A stretch of DNA of 63,995 bases, filler included, from Choristocarpus tenellus KU-1152 (taxonomy: Eukaryota; Protista; Phaeophyceae): assembly GCA_964200185.2 (NCBI GenBank). It is 11 parts of 11 records of this genome, joined end to end, with 100 filler letters (N's around TTAATTAATTAA, not from the genome) between each part and the next. Parts side by side here need not be neighbours in the genome. Positions count along the whole stretch, not along the records: positions 21,554 to 27,834 come from CAXNAD020008488.1; positions 27,935 to 35,736 come from CAXNAD020005564.1; positions 35,837 to 49,434 come from CAXNAD020001436.1; 8 more parts are not named here. One strand, given 5' to 3'. Below the pieces are notes generated by a model. That model searched no databases. It was not told where the DNA came from and saw only the letters and a list, made by a program, of their open reading frames with translations. Positions 26,046-38,850 of the stretch are shown here, piece after piece (position 1 is the first letter of the stretch; each line of letters opens with the position of its first letter). Position numbers and translations under genes: made by a program.

Positions 26046-27800
26046 CTAGCTAGTTGCATTCACTACATATATCCCAATGTTATGGTCACCTGTATCACCC
26101 ACGTCGTCATTTGCGAAGGTTACCCCTTTCGATCTTCTAACAATCAAAGGGAAGACTTCCCCGCCATCTACTCCTCGAAGTACTATTCTTGACTCGTACT
26201 GTCTCGTTTCAACATTTGTGAACAAAGGAACGCACATGATAGGGGCGGAACGTCCGGAAAAAGTCAGGTATAGTATGCTGAACACAATTGAAAAGGTTCC
26301 TCTCGATGGAAAATTGGACGGTGGACATAATGAGTTTAACTCCCACCTCCGCAGGTAGCACATATTTGGCTTTCTCCTTCATCTTCACTGTTCGCTTAGG
26401 AGCTTCAATGTCCTCGCCTTCGTCTTCCTCAGAGGGACATGCCACCTCTTCACCACCCTTGAGCTTGTTTATGATCTGAATGGCGACCTCCTTCACCACG
26501 CCTTCGATCAGAACCTCTTTGAGGTGCATTCTTTTTTTGTATGCGACCTCAAAGTCTGTCAAGTTTACCGGACTTTTTTCCTGCTTTTTGACTGCTTTTT
26601 GATTGCGCATACCCCACAGGGTCTTGGAGAACTGGGTGAGGGAAAAGGATGGATATGCATCAGCTGGATTCATCTTTAAGTTGTGTAGAATTAAAACAAC
26701 AAAGGGTGTTTATGTTTTTCCTAAGAAAACACTGCATCGTGGACAATACAAAAATGATAACCTTGGTTTTGCACTCCCAATAGATAGTACACTTTTGAGG
26801 CTGATGTTGAATCCGGTTGAAGGTTCTTAATCCTTTTGATTTGTTGCCTGTCAGACCGATGGTATATTGTCTAAAATGGTCACATCGACAAAAAAACTAC
26901 TCGTTCATATTTTCAGTCTGCCAGGATGCCTTTGAATTGAAGGGTGACGAGATGTATTTGAATGATGCCAAACCTAAGTGTAAGGATATTGTTGTGTTAC
27001 CAATTGTAGTGAATAAAATCCAAGGCCATGTATTTTCAATCCGTAATTTTACCGTTTGCCACATTTCTTGTGATTTTGGTGAAAGGTGAAAAATCTGTGA
27101 TCAACTTTTTTTTCAATCTCTATGTTTTATGGTGTATTTGAGGTGATAATATTTGTGAGTGTAATGTTTTTCATCTTGAAGATTTACGATGAACTTACTC
27201 GAAGGAGAAAATTTTGTTTATCCTAACAAGAAAAACTTATCCATCCTAAGGAGAATTTCTTTTTTGAATTTTCACCATCCGAATTGTTTATTCTGTGTCA
27301 CCATCTGAGCTTTGAGAAATGCGGTTAAATACCTTCCACGACGATGCAGTTCGAAACTTCACTTCTCAGGTCTTCAAGGAATGTGGTTACTTTGTTCCAA
27401 TTTCAAGGATTTCAGGGGCGTGATATGGGTAAAGGTGGTACCTACTCACCCAAGCCTCGAATGACCCCTGCTTCGCATTGGGTGGCACATAGAATAGGGA
27501 TAGTGTGTCTTGCTGAGGTCTCTAGACCCAACTTCCTGTGCAAAGACGCCAGCGGCCATGTCGACGATGTTGGACCAGTCGTGATCTTCTGGCATGTCGT
27601 CTTTCGACATCCGAAACCTCTCCTGTCCCACCAGAGCATCCCGGCACATGAGACGGAAGTATTCTTCCTTTAGGGTTGAATGAAGCTGTGGATGGTTGGA
27701 CAGGACAAAATGGTTTAAAGTCTTAGAAACACGAGGAAATATGCTTTTGTCATGACATGATATTGCCAGCGTGCCGGTCTATGCGGGTCATAAGAGCTGC
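26046..27800 (-). pseudogene. Degenerate coding-like region of unknown family
   Basis: Chain of overlapping minus-strand ORFs (26046-26363, 26209-26673, 27446-27649) with protein-like pieces broken by stops and frameshifts. Confidence 0.3.
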
Positions 27801-27934
27801 CACAAGCTGAGCATTGACAAGATGAAAGGTTACCNNNNNNNNNNNNNNNNNNNNNNNNNNNNNNNNNNNNNNNNNNNNTTAATTAATTAANNNNNNNNNN
27901 NNNNNNNNNNNNNNNNNNNNNNNNNNNNNNNNNN

Positions 27935-28626
27935 AGGAATCTCCGCATGGATCTAGTTTTCCATGCAGGGGCACTAGCGGACACTGGAACAGCTTCCTAC
28001 CGTGACAAAGTCCTTCTGCTAGATGTTACATTTGCAGAAGTGTAGGCAGCCTCCCATCTTACACACTCATCCACCAGCAATGGTGTGGCTGCTGCTGCAG
28101 CCAAGGTGCAAAAACACACCCACTATGAGGCTCTTTTGATCCTCGTAGTTACAACCTCAACACCTTCACGGTGGAAAGTTTGGGCGCCTAGACAAGCAAG
28201 TGGAATGCTTCCTGGATGGGCTGGCTACACACATATGGTAGGGGGGAGAGGAACTGGAGGATATAGCAGGAAAGGAGTGGTTAAATCCCGGCTACACCAA
28301 GTTGTCTCAGTAACTACGTAAGTGGCACTTTCTAGACGTGTCATGCGTTTTAAGCTGGAGTCACCAGGGAGATGGGCACGGAGGGGTTTGTTGGATTCTT
28401 GGGATGCCTCCCTAGCTCCTCACTCCGGGGTGCAGGAAGAGGTAGATTGGAGGCAAAGGAAGGCAGTGGTACAACATAGATAGTAGTCGTGAAATAACAA
28501 ATGAATTAGCGTTTTTCACATTTGTGACATTATATTTTTCAGGGCTCATACTGACATGTGAATAGTTTTCATTGGTTTCCCCCCTGACACATCTGCAAAA
28601 TGTCAGAGGGCATTATAATATATAAT
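27935..28626 (+). mobile_element. CRE-type non-LTR retrotransposon 3' end (RLE endonuclease pseudogene plus 3' UTR)
   Basis: RNLRMDLVFHAG...LLLDVTFAEV*...AAAAKVQKHTHYE...TFTVES matches a PD-(D/E)xK-type restriction-like endonuclease; terminal hairpin and TAA tail. Confidence 0.85.
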
Positions 28627-28954
28627 ACGTACTCGTACATTAAGCCACGTTTTGGACGGGTACAGAATAGGTTCTCTTGGATTTCCACAGTGTTTCAGGC
28701 AATTTCTATGCACAGTACAGTAGCAATTAATGGTCAAGGGGTATTTTGCACCATAATTTTACACTATTTCTAGAATTTCCCTTTATTGATATGGTAATAA
28801 TTATGGTGGTCAAAATCCGATGGCATGATAATGACTGTGTACTGTACTTATTAAAGCAGTAATCACTGTGAAGACTCTTGGTTGTAACGATTTTTTTAAG
28901 TTGTCAAGAGCACATCACCAGACTGGGCAACAGGCCAGCCCTAGTACAACATGT

Positions 28955-29216
28955 GAGTGAAAGTATCTTAGAGGGTACGAGTTTTGACCTGTTTGTCCAT
29001 TTGGGGCTTGGCTTCCCATGTGGGTTCTTTTATGACATTTTCCTTCTCCGAAATGCTTAGGAGTAGTTAAAGTGTGTATGTTATGAAAAAGTGTGTCAGG
29101 AACATGGATATTGACACTTCCTAAACAAACACAATAGCCAAAATTACATCAAAATCGCAACAATGGACTTTGGTCCCCAAATGGACGTGGCTCTACCCTC
29201 TAAGATACTTTGGCTC
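28955..29216 (-). mobile_element. MITE family A, full length
   Basis: TIRs GAGTGAAAGTATCTTAGAGGGTA/TACCCTCTAAGATACTTTGGCTC; 4-bp direct repeat ATGT. Confidence 0.92.
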
Positions 29217-32200
29217 ATGTTTTAATAGGGCTGGTCAGGCAAAAATGAAGCCTTGGTAAATGTAGTGAGGGAAGCAGGTTTGTATGCACCCACATTTTTG
29301 GTTTATTTTTGTTTTCTCCTTAATTCTATGGGGACTACATCCCGACATGTTGTCAGAGGTGCTATAGTATACTTGACACTGCAATATTTCTCATGCTAAC
29401 AACCGCATCTTACTTTTGAACTATGGCAATTTGTACTACCTCCATTTGTGCCCTGCTTCCAGCTCATTGGCCTCAGCTATTCCACCAGTCGTAGGGCCAC
29501 CTCCCTTGAATCTTGTGTTGGATTTGCCTCATTGTTACCACCTTAACCTTGGTTCAGCATTCTCTTGTAGTATAGTGACAGATAGGATAGTAGAGGTAGT
29601 TGTGCGATTCGATGTGCTTGCCACATGGAGTTGGATAATCGAGACCAGATTTCCATGAAATCAAGTCTGAAATGTACGGATTTAAACATGGAGAATTAAT
29701 GCAAATAACAGCCTCCTTACGCACTGAGTGATGAGGACCCTGGACAACATCTATCTCCATAAAAAACATTTTCAAGTATCATTACATCATACATCTAATC
29801 TACACCATACATCTAATCTACACCATTGATCAATCAACCTCTTCAGGAACAGCAAATTTCTTCAGGGGGGGGTTCATAAGGTCGGCTGTCGAGAAATACT
29901 CGCTAAAAAAACGAGTATTGCGCCCCCTCCCACCCCCAAGAAGGTGGTCCTTGCCCGATTAAAAAAGATCTTAGCTTCACAACAATTGTCTTCTACCTCA
30001 CTGTGGGGTGACTTTTGCAATGTGTGGTATGCAGTAGCTTGTAGAAAGGACAGTACAACAGTAGGTTTTTAGGTCAAGAATCCACACGGCAGGTGATTCA
30101 CAACCAGGTACCTTCACACCTCTATTCTTATTCCCTTCATGCAATGGAGACTGGGCCTTGTCAAGGTCTGCACCTTATTTGACCACAGGACCGGGAGTCT
30201 GGAAATATAGCACCAAGTTTGGGACCGGATCTTGGCCATATCACAAAGTTATGGTTCCTACTCCTTCGTGTGTAGGATGCGTACAGGCTTTGGTGATTCT
30301 CCCACAGGAAGGATGCAAGGGTGGGTCTGGGTCCACGGGCAGGGTCGGGTTTTGATCATTTTCATTTTTGGGGTCACAAGGCTGAGTCTGGATCTTCATC
30401 TCAGTTCTCCTAGATCCACAGATTGTACAAGTGGGGTGAAAAGACCCCAAGGACCACACCAAGAGTAGCTGTATGTGGCTATGCCTGTGTTAACCTGTGA
30501 AGAACTCTAGATCCCTAATCATATATACCACATGTCCGTATGTTGTTTATCTGCCAAGAGCAGATGATGTGCCATATGCCACATTGACAAAACCTAGCTC
30601 ATTGCATGCAACGATGCAATTCATAAGCAAGAATACAATTTCCTACATTATAGGCTGCAGCGGCAATTTGGGGTTACAAGCTTCACCCTTACGTAAACAT
30701 ATTGCATGTACCCCCCTTAACATTTATCTCAAGTAAGAAATCTTCATATTTTACCATCACAACAATCTCTACACCTCAAAACTTTAAAGAGATATTTCTT
30801 CAGTTTTACTGCAGTTGACTGATGGACAATGATGAAAGGGTTGTGTTCTACAAAGAACAGATTAAAGAAAGCGAGCAAACACTCTTGTCTGACACCTAAA
30901 CAACATGACATTTTTTTTTTAATGCAAATTGATTCTGTGTGTGAAGATTCTGTCGGATGTCCTTTTCCAACAGAGAGACATCCTACCTTAGAATGAAGTC
31001 GATCTAGGTCAATAAGGACTATCAAAAACCTTCCGCCTTGCACCCCATTCCCATGCCTGACATGCACCTAACCCCCCTTAATACAAGGTCATGGCAGCGG
31101 AAGAGAAGATGAACTATTCTCTACCTAAGCACAAAAATCATCCACCTGCACTGGAGGCATGCTTGTGTAAAAACGCGAAAAAATAAAATGGTTACAAGGG
31201 CTCCAAGCCCAAGTTTTCAACACCCTCTTCTAGTACAGGATGGCTTGAAATCACTCTCACATACTCTGTAATTCAGTTCATAAGAACAGACAATTGCTTC
31301 GGTAAGTGGTAGGAAAGCATCCCTATAGTAAACATAAAGCATTCCTACAGTAACAGGCCAATGATTTCAGCAACATATTAGAGATGCCGCAAACCAAAAA
31401 AATGCTAGGTCAGCAAAGGAATAAACAGAAGGTACACCATTGAGGGATAAACACGAATGTATGATAAAGTTTTTCATTTCTCACATAGTCCTGCTGTACC
31501 ACAAACTAAACTGACTACTTACATAAAACTATACTTGCATCCTATAAGGCAAACCCAGCAAACTGCAATTCTCACCAATGCCATCCCGACACAAGATAGG
31601 TCGCTCTCAACCCCAATATTTATCAACAAGTTTTCCTTCTTTTGGGAAAGATCTTGGAGCACAGGATACTTAAGGCACTACTTCATCCCCACATGCTCTC
31701 GGTGAACAGCAAGCAATGACCAGTACGGACACAGCAAGCAAAGGTATACACAGGCTAGCCACGACACATTGTGAACTCAAAAATTTGTAGAAGGAAATAA
31801 ATGAAAAAAAAAGTTAACATAGGATCATGTAGGATGCAGAACCTGGCTGGCAAGGGAATAGCTAAACACTCAAGTGGCAGATCTTTTTCGTTTGTCTGTG
31901 TATTATTCTTACCTTACCCCTAACAACAACATTGCAGTGTCCAGTATAGGTGTGGGATGATTCCGCATGGGGTCCACAAAAAATTTAAATTGTAAGTCGA
32001 AGGTCACTCTAATAGTTGGGAACATTCCTTTCCAGAGATTTGAACAGGACAAATCAAAGACAATCAACTCAATGATGGCAAGAATTTGCATAGAAACTCC
32101 TCCTGCCCTACTGCCATCAAAAATCAGGGACCAAACCAACAGAAGAAAACATTAGTACACCTTTCTCCAGTCAGGATGAAAAACAAAGCATTTCCTTCCC

Positions 32201-32288
32201 ATCCCTCTTCCTCAACTGCCAGCAAACACATACACACCTCACAACCACTTGCAAAACTCTATCTTGTGCTGGTACTATTCCTTGTTCA

Positions 32289-35200
32289 TCAGAACCCCCC
32301 ATAGTCAGAGGCAATGCCTGACTGTCCCTCTGTCGCAGGCGCTGCCTCCGTCTCCCCCGCCGCCACCTCAAGTCCCTTGAACTCCCTCTGGTTGAGAAAT
32401 TCTGCTGCGGGACTCCTCCACTCAACCAATGCTCCCTCCCTTAACCCTACTAACTCCCCACGATGAGATCCTGCTCCCAACTCCTCTGGAGTAACTTTTG
32501 ATCTAAACCCTGGTCTCATCTTGTATGTACCTGTCACCAAAGAAAAGAAGGGACTGTCTCCTTCTCCATCTCCATACTTGTCTTCTTCCTCCTTGGCACC
32601 CCCCTGCTCCCTCCCGGTGGTGACAATTTCTTCCCCATCTGCAGTTTGGCTGTGCTCTGTCTCCTGACCCTGCTTTGCCCCACCCACCTTCACACCACTA
32701 CAGTTGCTACTTTGTGCCTCTGAGGTGAGGTCATCAAAGTCTGTGCTGTAGAATCCATCCCATTCCCGCCTCCCAAGGGCAACCTCCAGTTCTAGTGGGG
32801 TCACCTGACAGGAACAATTCATCCGTTTGTTTTAAAACCCTGACGATCATATTTCAAATCAGATCAAAACAAACAATGCTAGAAAAATGGCAACAACTAA
32901 AAAATGTACGGATTCATTCGTCCATTAGGAGAAAGGAGAGGGTGGGGATCACTGCTTGACTATTTCTAAACTAGACCTAACTAGTCACACTTTTACATTT
33001 AGCATGCAACTCCCTGACACACCACTAGTACTGGCCCGTCACAAGCAAAGGCCTTGTAAGCTACTCCCAGTTCTATATCTTCTTCCACTAGAGTTGCATC
33101 TCACCACAGGAGCGTGAAACTCCCTCGAGTCTAACAGAGAGTTCTCTGCACAGGCCACCAGGCAGAACACCTCCACCTTGCGACCACAGAGCATTTTGGG
33201 GAGAGAGCACACAGTGACAGTTACAAAAAAAAGAACAAAAGTGAGAAGTTGATGACAAACACCATTAACATCCCTCCCTTCAGTGCAAGGGCAAACAACT
33301 GGTGATCAAGAACATGTGCAGTTAGAATCAAGCGCATCAATCCTTAAGTCACATTGACGCTGAGCTGTCTGCATCTTCTGTAAATATTCTGGGAGAAAAT
33401 AACTATGCCTCTGACAATTGTAGCTCCAACGCCCAAAATTTCCATCTTCCAGAACACAACAACATACAGAAAATTACAAAGAGGAATAAAATAAAATAAA
33501 ATAAAATAAAAATAAAATAAATGTAAAAGTCACTAAAGCAGAGGGCGATTCTTGAGAGGGATCGTGTTTCAGTTTTACTCCAACATAAGGAGTTGCAACC
33601 CAATCTACCGAGCTGTCTGGTGCAAGGGACCTTGAAGACAGGTGTTGCTATAGCTGCCAGCAAATCTGTGTCTTGATACAAGCAACTGCCATCAAACCCA
33701 CCTCCCCCCCTACCCTCCTCCACTCCCTCTTCTATTCCCTCCACACACCTTGAAATACTACAAAAAAGATCAAGTGCAGCAACAAGCACAAAAAACTCAT
33801 GGAACACATAATTTTTTCAATGTATTTATTGCACTGTGAGCCAACCCTCATCAGCACGAGGGAAGCAAGAAAGGACTTGGGCACACCAGCCACTGTCAGC
33901 TAGGAGCAAAGTTCAGCCAGCAGTAGTTGGCAAAAAAATCTAGACAGGAGACTATTGCAAAGGAGACAACAGAATGATCTGGGCAACAAGGCAGGCAAAA
34001 ACCCAAGACTGATATTGAGATAACTAAAACTGAGCTTGTGGGTGGGTAGTGAGTGAAAGGCAAAACATGATGGATTGAGACGGCCTTCCACCTCTCAGGC
34101 ATCAAGTTGTACACTTCATATCATTTTGGGGGCTGCCCATATTGCACAGCATGGAGGGTGACGAGTGGTTGGGCGAAAACCTCAACAAAAAAGTTAAATG
34201 GGTTCAGAAGAAAGAACCGCTCGTGGCAGACATTAGGGGGCTGGGGCAACAACCTTGATGGGATGGGACCCTGGGAAAAAAAGCTCAAAAATTATTCCCC
34301 AAGTTCTTTTCCGAAAAATCGGTTTGCAAGTCGCCCTTTGTAAAATTCCACCGCCGAAGAGTCAAAAACACTCCAATCAAAAAGCACCAGTATATGCCAT
34401 CAATATCCCTCAAGCGTTGATCATTCAAGATTGCAGTTGTGGAACCAAAAAGGAGAGGAAAAAAAAAAGCGGCAAGGCTACACACCTCAGCAAAGTTGGC
34501 AAGCTTTGCCACATTGATCTTTCCCACTGCCAGGACATACGCCTTCCGGCCCTCAGCCTCCACCATGGCTCGCAGCGACTGCACAACACTCAGGTAGCGC
34601 CTTACCCCCAGTGTGCCCACCACAATGCCAACCACATTGGCCTCCCTTGCTCGCTGCACAAGGTAGTACCTACTCAAAAGGTATACAGGTCAGCACAATC
34701 AGAGCCAGATCGCATAGGTACAGGTGGCACAATGTAAGGTCGGGGCTGATATTAAGCAAGGTATCATCACAGTGGGAGCATTATCATGTAAAAAATGACT
34801 GGCAATCACTGACAAACGTTGCTGCATGGGAAGATCACACTCCCTAAAGCGTCGCTGGCCAAAGGTCTCAATGCTCAACACAGCTGAAGAGAGTCTCTTG
34901 GCGCACTCTGGGGCATGCAAAGGGTTTCACTATCAAAACCAAGACATGGAAAGCGTATTCACACTTCAACGAACAAGAACTCCTTAAAAAACAACCCACT
35001 TTGTAAGTAGTTTGCTCAAATTAAACCAAGAACAATCAACCCTAACCCTAACCCTAACCCTAACACCAACACCAACACCAACACCATACTCCCTGTGCCC
35101 GGGCTTTCCACCTCCAACAGTCCATTGCTGTCCCTCTTCAACTCACCTGCGCATGAGGTCTCGATTCCCCCTCATCGCCTCCTTGATGAGCCTCTCCCCC

Positions 35201-35736
35201 TTAGCCTTGCAAGGGTCGTACCTCACCCTAACCCGACAACCACAGCATCGAAGAAGAACGTTACTCAGCTGACGCCCTTCCCCACCAATAAACACAACTG
35301 AACACTTTCTCAGCTCCTCCTCAGACCTTACTCCTACGCCCAGGCCTCCAATCCGGAGCACTGCAGCTCGATCTTCCCGAGCAGGTCCTAACCTTAAGGC
35401 GGACATCGCCTCCCCAGAAGTAACTTCATCTGTATCGGGGGTCATTACCATCTGGGGCAGGGATGGCAACAACACCCCACCCCTGCGGATACAGCAGCCA
35501 CCCTGTGCTGTCCCTCCACCAATAGGCTCATTTCTGGAGCAGGGAGCTGGAGGTGCCACTCCCTCCACTTCAAGAACCTTTTCAGTGACCTTGGGTGGGT
35601 ACCTGTGCTCAGTCCCCTCACCCCCAGACTTGGAGGAGTAGCACTGGTACCCAGCACTACGGCAAACTGCTTCCACCCCACACCCTACTGCTCCAGGGCC
35701 AGCCCCAGAGCCCTTCTTACACTCGAGGTTCGAGAA
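32289..35736 (-). CDS. DPH2: Diphthamide biosynthesis protein 2, 5'-truncated
   Basis: Exons <35736-35147, 34669-34486, 33176-33105 and 32804-32289 splice in frame with GT-AG sites. Motifs: [80 protein letters not shown], and C-terminal FLNQREFKGLE...EGQSGIASDY. Confidence 0.95.
35039..35085. repeat. Interstitial telomere-type repeat (CCCTAA)4 grading into (CACCAA)n, within a DPH2 intron
   Basis: Read directly from the sequence. Confidence 0.85.
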
Positions 35737-35908
35737 NNNNNNNNNNNNNNNNNNNNNNNNNNNNNNNNNNNNNNNNNNNNTTAATTAATTAANNNNNNNN
35801 NNNNNNNNNNNNNNNNNNNNNNNNNNNNNNNNNNNNCAATTTTGGGTCAAGCTCATCCTCAATGAAAAGCTCCATCCTCAATTTTTGAAATCTGCTGTTA
35901 GAGGGGTA

Positions 35909-37643
35909 CTTCCTCCATCTGAATGAAATATAACATAACTTTTGCTGCCTCGATGAAGAAGCAAGATAATTTATCGCATTTTCATATTTTATGGGTGCAC
36001 CAAAATCTCACGCAAAATGGGGCAGCCTACACCTATCTGTTTCGTCCACTGATGCCCTCCAAAACTCCATTCCAGCTCAATATTTCGTAACATCCAGTCA
36101 GTGGGGCATTCGGGGGCAGTTTGTCCGCTTTCTCATCCTTTTCCTTGCTAAGATGGGGAATTTCGAACACGCTGTCACCCTTGAATCCTAGCAAATCACT
36201 GCAGACTGTGAAGAGGCACTGCCAGATTCGTTTCTAGTGTCTCCCGAAGGTCTACATCATCCATTGTGGCCTCCACCAGCTCCTCTCTGTTTGTCATCCG
36301 CACGTCTTCCTTCAATCGCTGGATGGAATGAACAATCCTGGGTAATTGACGTAGAGGTCAGGTGAGTTGACGGGCTGGGTCTCTATGACAATGCCACCCC
36401 CCGCCGCCTCCTCAGTTGCCTCCATGATCCCCCCCTTGGTGTATGACTTTGCCCCGTCCTGCTGCACAAATATGTAGTGTCCTTCTAGCCTAGGCATGCC
36501 GCCCTTGATCACCGGGATGGCATCCTCGATCATGAGCTTCTTATACCTCTCCCCATCCACTGTAGCTGGCACAAGCACCTTGGTGCTCTTGGGGTGGTGT
36601 TTGCTGGAGTGTTGAGAGACCTTAGTGTCCACGATTGACCAGATTCTGATTTTCCCATTGAAAACACCCCATTGGAGGGCTTCCTAGGGCTGGCCACAGC
36701 TACAAGGAACATCACCTTCCTAATGCAACACTTATTCTGTGCCCATGGGTGTTTGGGGGGGTCCTCAGTGGGGTGCGGGTACACACCTTGCCCACCTTTG
36801 AGGATGTAAAACCACCTCTCATCCGCATGCACCCAGTCATATAGATCGTCCACCACTGCCACCTCACTTTCCCCCCTCCTGTGCATGTTGTTGACGATGA
36901 AACCCAGCCTGTTGACTTTTAGCTAGTCTGAGAGGACTGGTCTAATCTACCGCTTGACCTTCTTCACCTTCTCAAGCTTGCACAGGTCCGACATCAAGGC
37001 AAGGGAGATATTCCAGCTATGGCTACCCATTTTCGGAAGAATATGTACTGTGTACCAATGGGATATCCCAAACGTCGAAGATACTTGTACATCGGCCACA
37101 TTGTCCCATGCGACGTCGCACAAGGTCCATGTATTCACCCCGTGCAATCTGGCTGTCATACTCCTTAAGATGGCGGAACACTGTGATTCAGGAAATTCCG
37201 ATGTCCTCCCCAATGGCCACTGCCATCCCCTGAGGCATCTGAGTCTTACACCCTCTCACCTCCAGGCATCGCGTTACCATGCTGTTCTTTGATGGGGGTG
37301 TTTGAGTCCTGACCCCGAACAGATTTCTGGGTCAAAGAATTGGGACCAATGGGTGACAACAGGATGAACGAGCCACTTGAACGACAGGGAGCCTTTGTCC
37401 TAGGTATCCCAATAAACATGCCCTTTGACAGTTTCATGAGTTTTTGAACCCTGTCAAATGCAAATTGGTAGATTTTGCACTGGTGATCCTCCATAGTCAT
37501 GACAGCCCACCATCTCAAACTTTGCACCCCTCCCAATCTATTTGAGAACTAAACCTTGCCCAGAGGGTTTATCACATTAGTTTTTCCCGGGTGAGAATGG
37601 AGGTTGCAAAAGTTATGTTTCATTTGATTTCAAACGGAGAAAG
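35909..37643 (-). mobile_element. Full-length but defective plant-type (Stowaway/DD39D-related) mariner transposon
   Basis: About 50-bp imperfect TIRs CTTCCTCCATCTGAA.../...TTCAAACGGAGAAAG; TA on both sides. Frameshifted transposase at about 36170-36950: WVHADERWFY, KVMFLVAVASPR, VQQDGAKS, QPVNSPDLYVNY. Confidence 0.9.
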
Positions 37644-38074
37644 TATAATTTTAATGTATGCTACAAAGAGGCATTAGAGTCAATATTGTTGACTGAGCAT
37701 AATGGCTGAGCATAAATTTCTTGCTTGATATTTTGTGCCATCAGGCATATTTTGTGCATTATTGGGTAGACATGCCCCAAAGGGGAAGAAGTGTTATGCC
37801 AAGGGTGGTGCGAAACCAGTTTGTGACCACAGACAACCAGGTAGTACCCTTTCCATGTACCTCCTGCACACTTTGGCCATGCTGTGAGCAGCAAAAAACT
37901 GTTGTCTCATTTCTGCCGTCACACTGGGAACACCATAAACACCTCGGGAATGTGACGATCAAAGCACAGATAGAGCTTTTTCCGAAGCAGCTTCTCACAA
38001 GTGGAACGAGCGATGAGAAGGTGGTTAGGAAACCACAGGACATAGAGGTAAGCTTTTCTACCTGCTATGTGTTT

Positions 38075-38336
38075 GAGTCAAAGTATCTTAGGAGGGTAGA
38101 GCCGCGTCCGTTTGGGGGTCAAAACCCAATGTTGCGATTTTGATGTAATTTTAATTATCGTGTTTTTTATGAAGTGTCGATATCCTTGTTCCAAACACAA
38201 CTTTTCATAAGGTAAACATTTTACCTACTCCGAAACATTTCGGAGTGGGAAAACGTCATAAAATGGGACCCTTGGGAAACTAAGCCCAAAATGGACCAAC
38301 AGGGCAAAACTCACACCCTCTAAGATACTTTCACTC
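38075..38336 (+). mobile_element. MITE family A, full length
   Basis: TIRs GAGTCAAAGTATCTTAG.../...CTAAGATACTTTCACTC; 3-bp direct repeat TTT. Confidence 0.92.
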
Positions 38337-38489
38337 TTTGTCAGAGCACTACGGTCTGCACTACCGCAATGTTTGTGACATGCAACTACTGTCCAGCAAT
38401 AAATTTTCCTATTGATTAGTTCTACATTTTATTATTATTGCAACGAACTAGTAATTTCTGACTACTTTCTTAGTCTTCTCGCTGGGATA

Positions 38490-38850
38490 AGGTGGATAGC
38501 ATGGTCACGTGCTTTGTGGAGGAGGCCAGGAGAGCTGATCTGCTGGTGACTTAAGGCACCCTCATTGTCCTTTGGTCTTGAGACTAAAGCAAAGCTTCTT
38601 GCCAAAAACCCACCTCCTTCACATATCAAGGCCTTGAAGAACTTTGATGGTGGGCTAAAGTGGATGAAGAGCTGTTCTTTGTTGCAACTAGATGATGGGC
38701 ATGTCGTTGCATGGATAGGCTGGTAAAATCGATGAGGAGGTGATAAGTGAGGGCCTACAGAGAGTGATTGACACTTGGGACAAATACCCCCTGAGTCACA
38801 TCCACAACATCGACAAGACAGGAGTGTTGTACAGATTGTTACCACACAAG
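38490..38850 (+). pseudogene. pogo/Tigger-type transposase relic
   Basis: IHNIDKTGVLYRLLPHK at about 38800-38850 resembles the pogo motif IYNxDETGLFYRxLP; the upstream segment resembles a CENP-B-type HTH and contains stops. Confidence 0.65.
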
